Of a DNA stretch of 64,000 nt, positions 54,443 through 62,084 are shown piece after piece. Made by a program: the position numbers and the translations under genes. The notes under the pieces are model-generated. The model had not been told where the DNA came from. It did not search any database and was given only the letters and a program-made list of their open reading frames with translations. The stretch's first letter is position 1; the number at the start of each line of letters is the position of its first letter. The DNA comes from Candidatus Bathyarchaeia archaeon (lineage in GTDB: Archaea > Thermoproteota > Bathyarchaeia > Bathyarchaeales > Bathycorpusculaceae): NCBI GenBank assembly GCA_041447175.1, contig CP166960.1, forward strand, positions 703,507-767,506. The letters are read 5' to 3'.

Positions 54443-55471
54443 TTAGGGGAAGGTTGAGTTTCCCCTAGTCATGACCAGTACCTGCTGGCTGACGTAGTCC
54501 ACAAGGTATACTTTTGAAGTTGCTGGGTTGACTGCCATGGGGTCTAAAGCTGGCCAAACTAACACTTGCAGTTTAACGCTGGACAGTGCGTCGTGTGTGG
54601 TTCCGTTAAGGCAGGAGACGTTGTAGCCCTGCGTCGTGTAAAGCAAGTTGTTCGCCGCGTCGATTGCTTCCACCTGCCCCGTAAAGTTCGCCGAGACCAG
54701 TTGCAGGTCGGTGCCGTTCAGCACTGCACCACCCACATACACGTAGTCGGTGGCGTTATTGTACATAACCGCCACATCAAATAACGGCGTCTGCGTTGCA
54801 TTGACAATCATGTTGTTATCATCAATCAGGTAGGTGCCGTCGTTGCCCGTCCAAGTCGCGTACATTCCGTTGGTGTTGACATTTACTGCGACGCCGACCC
54901 GCTGTATGTAAGTGTTGTTCTCGCTGCCGGGGATGTTTACGGTGGCAATTAAACTGAAATTCAGCGCGTCATAAACCTGCACGGCGTCGCACTTGCCCCT
55001 TAATGTGGTCCAGTCTCCGATGTAAAGGCGGTTAGTGTTTGGGTTAAGCGCCAACTCGTAATAGTTGTACACCTGCTCCTCTATCGTTCCCAAGACGGCA
55101 TTTGTGGCTCCGTCAAGGACGGTGATGTTGCTCCAGGTGCCAACGTACACGAGGTTGTTTTGGGGGTTAACGACGACGGCCCCCACATCCTTATCAAAAG
55201 CAATTTCACTTAGCACAGTGTTGTTTTCCCCGCTGATTATCACAAGCCCTTCTTTCGTACCCACATACACCAAGTTTGTCTGCTCATTAACCGCCACACA
55301 CGTAGGATCATCAGCAAAAGCAAGAATAGCCTCCACACTCAAAACATCCGTGTCGTCAGCGGCATAAGCCCCCAACGGGGTAGAGCTAACCACAAACAGA
55401 GCCGCAAGAGCCACCAGAAAAGCAGCCTTCACGCTTTTTCCGTTAGCTACCGATTCTTTAATCTCAAACAT
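54443..55471 (-). CDS. Secreted YVTN-type beta-propeller repeat protein
   Basis: The ATG at 55471 is preceded by GGAGGTGA. Signal peptide present. Repeats: NLVYVGT, NRLYIGD, NLLYTTQ, SKVYLVDYVSQQVLVM. Confidence 0.6.
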   Translation of the reverse strand: MFEIKESVANGKSVKAAFLVALAALFVVSSTPLGAYAADDTDVLSVEAILAFADDPTCVAVNEQTNLVYVGTKEGLVIISGENNTVLSEIAFDKDVGAVVVNPQNNLVYVGTWSNITVLDGATNAVLGTIEEQVYNYYELALNPNTNRLYIGDWTTLRGKCDAVQVYDALNFSLIATVNIPGSENNTYIQRVGVAVNVNTNGMYATWTGNDGTYLIDDNNMIVNATQTPLFDVAVMYNNATDYVYVGGAVLNGTDLQLVSANFTGQVEAIDAANNLLYTTQGYNVSCLNGTTHDALSSVKLQVLVWPALDPMAVNPATSKVYLVDYVSQQVLVMTRGNSTFP

Positions 55472-55700
55472 GACTTTCACCTCCCTCACAAGCTTTGAAC
55501 CTATGGCAATTCGCTTGCCAACGTAGGGCGGCGATTCACAAAGCGAGACAGCATTGACCCATCTTGTGAAAAACGGGCTCTTTGCACTAAGCAGCTTTTG
55601 GTTGCCAAGAAACGCATCTTTCAAGCAGAGGACAGAACTGTTATCGCGGTGATGAATACCAGCGGCTTGCTTTATTCTTTTCTATCCCATAACAAAACGA

Positions 55701-55762
55701 GCAACCCATAGAGCCGAACGCCCAAAAAAAGAAGCGGGTTACAACCAACACACCACACCCAC
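55701..55762 (+). repeat. Diverged duplicate of the 3' terminal ~60 nt of the RNase P RNA gene
   Basis: 55732-55762 matches 54367-54397 at 30 of 31 positions (aagcgggttacaaccaacacaccac[a/g]cccac). Weaker similarity extends ~30 nt upstream (agccgaa[c/t]gcc). Confidence 0.85.
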
Positions 55763-56054
55763 AACAAACACACCCTGTTTCACTTTCTTTTCCTAAAGAT
55801 TTTAAGCACCTCCGTGCGGGCATCCTTGAGTAATTGTGATATCTGAACTTCCACCCATCCCCTGCTTCAAATTATTTTTATCAATCAAGCAGTAAGTCTT
55901 ACATAAGAAACAGCAGAAAAATAATCTCACAAACAAAGCATGAAGCCAAATCGCCCCTTGCCTTGTTTAGTTCTGGGTTTTTCTCCACAAATACTATGAA
56001 ACTTTATATTTAAGGGAACGTGTAATTTTAGTGTTAATTTGAGGGGAAGGAGAA

Positions 56055-56924
56055 TTGAAGGTTTATTATTTAGAGAATAAGTTGAATCGTTTGAATGCTT
56101 TAGCGAAGTGTTTGCGGGTTGCTGTTTTGGTTGGGCTGCTTTTTTCAGGTCTACTCATGGCAGCATCAGCCATCGGCTTTGCCGCTGCAGCGGATGCTCC
56201 TGCTACCCAGTGGAGTCAAACCTACGGCGGAACAGACTGGGATTATGCGGAGTGTGTGGTTCAGACTAGTGATGGCGGGTATGCACTAGCAGGCTACACA
56301 GCTTCGTTTGGTGCAGGCTACAGTGATTTTTGGTTGGTGAAGACTGATGCTTCTGGTACTTTGCAGTGGAGTCAAAATTATGGCGGACCAGGCAGTGAGT
56401 GGGCGTATTGTGTGGTTCAGACTAGTGATGGCGGGTATGCACTAGCAGGTCGAACAGCTTCGTTTGGTGCAGGCTTTGATTTTTGGTTGGTGAAGACTGA
56501 TGCTTCTGGTACTTTGCAGTGGAGTCAAAATTATGGCGGACCAGGCAGTGAGTGGGCGTATTGTGTGGTTCAGACTAGTGATGGCGGGTATGCACTAGCA
56601 GGTCGAACAGCTTCGTTTGGTGCAGGCTTTGATTTTTGGTTGGTGAAGACTGATGCTTCTGGTACTTTGCAGTGGAGTCAAAATTATGGCGGACCAGGCA
56701 GTGAGTGGGCGTATTGTGTGGTTCAGACTAGTGATGGCGGGTATGCACTAGCAGGTCGAACAGCTTCGTTTGGTGCAGGCAGCAATGATTTTTGGTTGGT
56801 GAAGACTGCTCCTGATAGTTTGTTTGTTGTGCCTGAGTCTGCCTTTGGCGCTCTGGGCACAATAGTCGCCTGCATAACAGCCATGGCAATAATAGCCACA
56901 AACAAAAAACGCCAAACCAAATAA
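56055..56924 (+). CDS. Surface protein made of DGGY-motif repeats with C-terminal TM anchor
   Basis: Signal/anchor helix. Four repeats (WSQ.YGG...YCVVQTSDGGYALAG.TASFGAG..FWLVKTD), three of them identical. C-terminal helix plus NKKRQTK. Confidence 0.65.
   Translation: MKVYYLENKLNRLNALAKCLRVAVLVGLLFSGLLMAASAIGFAAAADAPATQWSQTYGGTDWDYAECVVQTSDGGYALAGYTASFGAGYSDFWLVKTDASGTLQWSQNYGGPGSEWAYCVVQTSDGGYALAGRTASFGAGFDFWLVKTDASGTLQWSQNYGGPGSEWAYCVVQTSDGGYALAGRTASFGAGFDFWLVKTDASGTLQWSQNYGGPGSEWAYCVVQTSDGGYALAGRTASFGAGSNDFWLVKTAPDSLFVVPESAFGALGTIVACITAMAIIATNKKRQTK
56332..56780 (+). repeat. Perfect 153-bp in-frame tandem repeat (2 full copies + 143 bp of a third), flanked by diverged partial copies
   Basis: Units 56332-56484, 56485-56637 and 56638-56780 read identically by eye. 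A diverged copy lies upstream (~56205-56331), and a short partial copy follows. Confidence 0.9.
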
Positions 56925-57267
56925 CACAGCCCCAAACCACACTTCTTTTTATCAGAAAAACGCAGAAGTATAGTTTTGAGTCTGCAGCCCAAAAAGAGGG
57001 CAGAAGCAACTTCTCTGAACTTATCTTCAGAAAGGTTAAGCCCAGTTGTGGCGCTAAGAATGGAATTGAATGCACGGAGGCGCTTTCTTTTTCTGCACTC
57101 ATTGCTCTGTCTTTTTAGAGTATATTGTTCTGATGCAGGTTCAAAGAATTTTTTTATGTGAATTAGCTTGAAAATTGAGGATTCTTTACAAACATGCATT
57201 TATTGACGTGGTGCTTGACACATTGTCTGCGCAATGCTGCTGTTGCCCTCACTGTTTCTATTATGGT

Positions 57268-57591
57268 TTACTTTAAAAAACCAAAAAATAGGGAGAAGCT
57301 TTGAAAACTATTTTTCTGGGGTAGTTCGCTGATTTTGATGTCTTTGCTGAAGCGTTGGAGGTCTTGGTCTTGGGAGTAGAGGATGTTTGCTTTTTGGTTT
57401 ATGGCTGTGGCTACGATTAGGGCATCGGGTAGTTTTCCGCCTCTTTTAGCCCTCAGGTTGGCGGCTAAGTCTGCAATTTCAAACGTGACGGACACAATTT
57501 TGAAGCCGTTAAGCGTTAAGTCTTCAAGCAGTTTTTTTGTTTTTGCAGCTTTAATTTGGTTCAGGGCATTTTTCATTGTTTGTCTTCTCAT
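57268..57591 (-). CDS. PIN-domain (VapC-like) protein lacking the N-terminal strand/first acidic residue
   Basis: PDALIVATAINQKANILYSQDQDLQRF matches the C-terminal PIN motifs. At 107 aa it has no N-terminal ..DT/DS.. motif. 4-nt overlap with the antitoxin gene. Confidence 0.5.
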   Translation of the reverse strand: MRRQTMKNALNQIKAAKTKKLLEDLTLNGFKIVSVTFEIADLAANLRAKRGGKLPDALIVATAINQKANILYSQDQDLQRFSKDIKISELPQKNSFQSFSLFFGFLK

Positions 57592-57806
57592 TCTTCGCGA
57601 AGCTTTCGCTGATGTTTTAAGGGGTCGCCGAAAACGCCTTTGCCGATGCCTTTCAAGTCCACTACTGGGTTAAAAGGTTTTAGAAGCAAGCCGTCTTCGG
57701 TCTTGTTGATTTCAACTATTATTCCTTCTTCGATGTGGTGTTTTTTGCGGAGTTTTTGGGGAATAACTACTTGCTCTCGCATGTCCACCTTTACTTTTTC
57801 TGACAT
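57588..57806 (-). CDS. AbrB/SpoVT-family antitoxin (VapB-like)
   Basis: QVVIPQKLRKKHHIEEGIIVEINKTEDGLLLKP is a SpoVT/AbrB swapped-hairpin motif. Confidence 0.7.
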   Translation of the reverse strand: MSEKVKVDMREQVVIPQKLRKKHHIEEGIIVEINKTEDGLLLKPFNPVVDLKGIGKGVFGDPLKHQRKLREE

Positions 57807-58024
57807 AATATCTATCAGATAATGGTCATTCAGGGAATTAACGTTTCTTACAAAAGTTGATTTCTGAAACCGCTTAGATAACTGGCTAAATGGCAGAAAC
57901 GGCAGATTAAAGATTAAACCAAAACTACGCCACTAAATCAAGTTGCTTATTTAACCGATTGGGCAAACGTTTGTTGGTTGCCCTCTGAGGGGCTCTTTAT
58001 TGTGGCAGAAATGTGGGGTGGGGG

Positions 58025-58756
58025 TTAAGCGGCTTGTTTAATGTAGCCTTCTACCACTTCGTCAGATAGCATTTCCATTTTCTTTGTTGCCGCCGGTATG
58101 ACAGCGATTTTTATTCGGGGCGGCGCCTGTCTTGAATCAACCGCTTTCACTAAGCACTTCACTGCAAGCGCGGTGATTTGTTGAAGCGTCAAATCTTCCC
58201 GGTACTCTTTTTGCAGCATTGACAGCACGTTTTCGCTTCCTGCACCAATTGCCGTGGCTTTGTATCGTTTGTAGGTTCCACTTGGATGCGTAGCAGTTAT
58301 GCATGCGCCTGTTTTGTCGACGCCGCCAAAGATTATTGAAACCCCAAACGGTCGTCCGCCGCCGTTTTGCGTGTACGTTTGCTGGGTGTCGCACACTTGT
58401 TCGGTTACGGTTTCTACGTCAATGGGTTCATCAAAGTTTAAAATGTTGTTTTGCGCGTTTGTGCGTGCCTTATCTATAAGCACTCTAGCATCTGAACTTA
58501 AACCTACAATAGCTGCGCCTATATGGTTGTCCACTTGAAAAATTTTCCATGAACATTTGGGGTCCTCAAATGCTTCAATGTTTTCTTCTGCTCCAAGAAC
58601 ACAGCCTTCAGGACAGTGGATGCCTAAAATGGTGGATCCGCGGTTCACAGCTTCCATTGCGTATTCCACTTGGAAAAGCCGTCCGTCGGGGCTGAAAACG
58701 GTGTTTATGTGGTCATATGCTCCAGGTTTTACAAATGCAGACATGGCATTACCCAT
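58025..58756 (-). CDS. psmA: Proteasome subunit alpha
   Basis: YDHINTVFSPDGRLFQVEYAMEAV N-terminal alpha-subunit signature. ~240 aa. Confidence 0.9.
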   Translation of the reverse strand: MGNAMSAFVKPGAYDHINTVFSPDGRLFQVEYAMEAVNRGSTILGIHCPEGCVLGAEENIEAFEDPKCSWKIFQVDNHIGAAIVGLSSDARVLIDKARTNAQNNILNFDEPIDVETVTEQVCDTQQTYTQNGGGRPFGVSIIFGGVDKTGACITATHPSGTYKRYKATAIGAGSENVLSMLQKEYREDLTLQQITALAVKCLVKAVDSRQAPPRIKIAVIPAATKKMEMLSDEVVEGYIKQAA

Positions 58757-58842
58757 CCGTGTTGTGCTTTTACGCCTTCAGCATCATATAAGGGTTAGCT
58801 ATATTTAATTACGCATTTCAAGGAAAGGAGCATAGTAGACTT

Positions 58843-59298
58843 TCACTGGACATTTCGGGGGAACAACTGCTTTCCTTTTTCCGTGTAGGCGATGAAGCCG
58901 AGTTTGTTAAAGAAGTCCAGTTGGTCGTCCAGCTCGCCGCCCTCCACAAGCTTGCCTTCTACCACGCGAAAGAAGAAAACCATGGGCAGGGTGACTTTGT
59001 TGCCTGTTGGGGGAAGGGGGACTCCGAAAAGGTTCCAACTGCCCGTGTGGGTGCCTGTGGCGGTGACTTTGACCCAGACCCACTCTCCCTCGGCAATCAT
59101 GTCTTGGATGGTTTCATGCCAGTCAGGGAACCCCTCAAACGCCAAGGTGAAGAGTTGCTTAAAGTTGTCTCTGCCTTGCTGCTGATGCGTGTGGTCAACG
59201 TAGTCCAGCGAGACCAGTTCTTCGAATATGTTCAGGTTGCGGTTGTTGTATGCGTCAATAAATTTTCGAATGATTGATTTGTTTTCTTCCGCTGACAA
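58843..59298 (-). CDS. SnoaL-like / predicted ester cyclase family protein
   Basis: NKSIIRKFIDAYNNRNLNIFEELVSLDYVDH...GTHTGSW...PTGNKV is typical of the NTF2-like ester cyclase family. Confidence 0.7.
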   Translation of the reverse strand: MSAEENKSIIRKFIDAYNNRNLNIFEELVSLDYVDHTHQQQGRDNFKQLFTLAFEGFPDWHETIQDMIAEGEWVWVKVTATGTHTGSWNLFGVPLPPTGNKVTLPMVFFFRVVEGKLVEGGELDDQLDFFNKLGFIAYTEKGKQLFPRNVQ

Positions 59299-59346
59299 AA
59301 AATCACCAATCCTAATGGTTTTGATGGCGTTTAACAGTTTTTGCCT

Positions 59347-59667
59347 CTACGGGCGCATGTTGTCAGGGCGTGGATGGCTGTTTTCTGGTTTGTAAATTAT
59401 TAAGGTGTCGGGTTCTTTGTTTATGGTGTGCTTTGTTTTCCACATGCTGCCGCTTTGGTACGCCAGTTGATGTTTGGCTACTATGTCGTGCACGCAGTTA
59501 CGTGTCTTCTCATCCAACGGCATCCGAACAATAATCCGATAACCCGCGTCGCTTGGCGTGTTAGAGGGTGCTACCTCCAGCGGGTGCCCATCCAAACCCA
59601 AACAGCAGTCAAGAAGCTCCTTCACAACAGATATGGCTTCTTCGCGTTTCAAAACTGTCCCTCGCAT
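59347..59667 (-). CDS. Hypothetical protein
   Basis: 106-aa ORF with no recognised motif. Confidence 0.3.
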   Translation of the reverse strand: MRGTVLKREEAISVVKELLDCCLGLDGHPLEVAPSNTPSDAGYRIIVRMPLDEKTRNCVHDIVAKHQLAYQSGSMWKTKHTINKEPDTLIIYKPENSHPRPDNMRP

Positions 59668-59701
59668 GTTAGATTAAAGAAAAATTGGGGGTTGCGGCTG
59701 T

Positions 59702-59929
59702 TTATAATCCGCTGCCGTCTGGGATGCCGTCACCCGAGTTTGGCGCTGGTCCAACACCGGGATTGTCGGGGCGTTCAAGTCCACTTCCATCTGGAACACC
59801 GTCGCCCATGTTTGGGGCAGGTCCAGAGGCGTTGCTTGCCGCTGCAACTCCTACGCCCAGAGCCAACGTTAAGAGCCCAACGACTAGGATGATGCTAAAG
59901 ATTTTCTTTATTTTAAAAGCCTCCAACAC
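59702..59929 (-). CDS. Small secreted Asp/Gly/Pro-rich peptide with internal duplication
   Basis: Signal peptide (KKIFSIILVVGLLTLALGVGVAAASNA), then GPAPNMGDGVPDGSGL and GPAPNSGDGIPDGSGL. Confidence 0.4.
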   Translation of the reverse strand: MLEAFKIKKIFSIILVVGLLTLALGVGVAAASNASGPAPNMGDGVPDGSGLERPDNPGVGPAPNSGDGIPDGSGL

Positions 59930-60182
59930 TAAAGTGTTGTTAAAATCATATTAAAGATTTTTGGACAAGCACGAGTACTACTTCGGCTGTCCTAAATCGG
60001 ACTCCTTACCAGTACAATAGCTCCATAGCGCTACAGGCTATGTTTAACATGAAGCCAACCCCTGGCATCCTTTTGTGGATTAGCCCCAAGTTGTAGTCAT
60101 GTTTAGAACTTGTTAGCATCTTCGGTTTTTTCGAAAGTTATTAAAGCACTCTCATACATATCGTAATCTTCGGAGACCGTAA

Positions 60183-60275
60183 ATGCCAAAAAAAGAAAAA
60201 CCTTTAACCAAAAAAGAGCGCGACGAGAAACGAAAAGCGAAAAAGGCAAAGCAAAGCAAAACGCAAACTTCCTAA
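60183..60275 (+). CDS. Candidate 30-aa lysine-rich small protein (not in ORF track)
   Basis: MPKKEKPLTKKERDEKRKAKKAKQSKTQTS. GGAG lies ~10 nt upstream and an A/T-rich TATA-like ttattaaag lies ~40 nt upstream. Confidence 0.25.
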   Translation: MPKKEKPLTKKERDEKRKAKKAKQSKTQTS

Positions 60276-60469
60276 GCCCCAAAGAGCTTTGTAAGCTTTT
60301 TTCTAATTAACCTTTTCTATGCATTTTGTCCAGTCAGAATCACCAAATGGGCGGTCTTCATTTCTTATCTGTAGCGCCTGTAGGCGTGTTGCGTTGGGTT
60401 CTTATAGACACCTCAAGAGGGTAAAACAAGTTTAAAAGCTTGAACGCTGTTACTGCATTTGTTGAGATT

Positions 60470-60598
60470 ATGCCAAGTGTAGCTAGACGTAAAGCAAAAA
60501 ATACTCAGAATGCACAACAGAAAAAGCTGCAACGGGAAAAGGAAGCAAAAAAGAAACTGGAGCGGCAGCAGCTTCCTGCTAAAGGTAAAAAACGGTAG
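60470..60598 (+). CDS. Candidate 42-aa lysine/arginine-rich small protein (not in ORF track)
   Basis: MPSVARRKAKNTQNAQQKKLQREKEAKKKLERQQLPAKGKKR. A TATA-like gtttaaaag lies ~40 nt upstream. Confidence 0.25.
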   Translation: MPSVARRKAKNTQNAQQKKLQREKEAKKKLERQQLPAKGKKR

Positions 60599-60876
60599 TC
60601 AAAAGTCAAGGCGCCCCGTTGTTGACTTAAGCAGGTTTGTTGTGTCAAGAAATCTTTACTAGCAACCTTTTTTGTGTCAGGAAACCTTTACAAACACCCA
60701 TTTTTAGGCGAACGCATAGCTGGTTTTTGGGGTTTAGGATGAAACAGCAGCATGCATTAGCACTCCAGCCAAATCCAGACGTAGACGCGTCTGTTTCTGG
60801 AAATGAGCCTTCTTTTTCTAACCTGCCCGCCATGGACTCTCACGCAGAAAAAACTGCAGTGGGGGCATCTGCGTAA

Positions 60877-61965
60877 TTGGATAGCCACAACCAAATCCAA
60901 GGACGCCCCGTAAACGTTGACCTGATACGCACCACCGCCATGTTTGGCGTTCTGCTGCTGCACGCGGCAGGCAGATATCCCACAACCCCCAACGAGCTCC
61001 AACAAATGGCGCCTCTGGCGTTCGTGGGTTGGGGCATCGTGGACATTTACCAAAGCATCGCCGTACCTCTGGGCGTTCCCCTTTTCTTGATGCTCACGGG
61101 CGCGCTTCTTTTGCAGCCCGAAAAAACCAACGAACCCTTGGGCGTGTTCTTCAAGAAACGCTGGTCACGTTTAGGTTTGCCTACATTGTTTTGGTGTGTT
61201 GCGTATTTTGCTTGGGACTTTCTGGTTCAAGGCATCCCGTTCACTTCCAGCGCCATCATCCAAGGACTCCTTAATGGCCCCTACACCCAGTTGTGGTATC
61301 TTTACGTGCTTGCAGGACTTTACCTTCTCACGCCGATTTTACGCGTGTTCATGGCGCATGCAAACCAGACTTTGATAAAGTACTTCGTGATTTTGTGGGT
61401 TATCAGCGTTGCCGTTTTGCCCTTTTTTGGCTTATTCTCGCCCTACATGTTAAACGAAAACGTTTTTACCCTAACGGGGTATGTGGGCTTCTTTGTTTTA
61501 GGCACCTACCTTCTCACCGTAAACGTGCCCCGCAAAACCCTCCTGACCCTTGCAGCTCTGGGTGTGGCTTTGACTGCCGTGGGCACCTACGCGTTGGCAG
61601 CGACGGTTGGCGGAACCGAAATGTACTTCTTCCAGCAATACTTCAGCCCAACCATCCTTTTAACTTCCACCATGGTGTTTTTGCTACTGCTCACCTCGAA
61701 GCCGCCTTCCACCCAAAAAGATGCGCATCCCTCAATAATCAGTCGACTAATTCAACTTATCAGCGAAAACACGTTGGGCATATTCTTCATTCACGTCATG
61801 ATAATTGAATCCATCCAAAAAGGCTACCTGGGCTTCACACTCAACCGCACCATCCTTAACCCCATAGTTGAGGTTCCCATCCTGACCATAATTGTCATGT
61901 TCATTTCGCTGGGGATAATTCTTTTGCTCAAAAAAATCCCCTACCTCAAGAGGCTGATTGACTAA
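60877..61965 (+). CDS. Acyltransferase family 3 (OatA/OafA-like) membrane protein
   Basis: VDLIRTTAMFGVLLLHAAG N-terminal motif and ~10 TM helices. Confidence 0.75.
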   Translation: MDSHNQIQGRPVNVDLIRTTAMFGVLLLHAAGRYPTTPNELQQMAPLAFVGWGIVDIYQSIAVPLGVPLFLMLTGALLLQPEKTNEPLGVFFKKRWSRLGLPTLFWCVAYFAWDFLVQGIPFTSSAIIQGLLNGPYTQLWYLYVLAGLYLLTPILRVFMAHANQTLIKYFVILWVISVAVLPFFGLFSPYMLNENVFTLTGYVGFFVLGTYLLTVNVPRKTLLTLAALGVALTAVGTYALAATVGGTEMYFFQQYFSPTILLTSTMVFLLLLTSKPPSTQKDAHPSIISRLIQLISENTLGIFFIHVMIIESIQKGYLGFTLNRTILNPIVEVPILTIIVMFISLGIILLLKKIPYLKRLID

Positions 61966-62084
61966 TGCTGACGAAACAAAAATTCCAATCGCAAACACCT
62001 CTTCTTCTTCGCAGGGCGCGAACAAGCAAAAACCATATTTTATCAAACAAGAAACTAGACTGCAGCATTCCGCGAGACAGCAAA

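Noticed and set aside
56332-56780. Whether the perfect repeats could be a CRISPR array or another non-coding repeat.
   Set aside because: The period is 153 bp with no unique spacers. The repeats are in frame within a long ORF and encode a protein motif also found in a paralogue.
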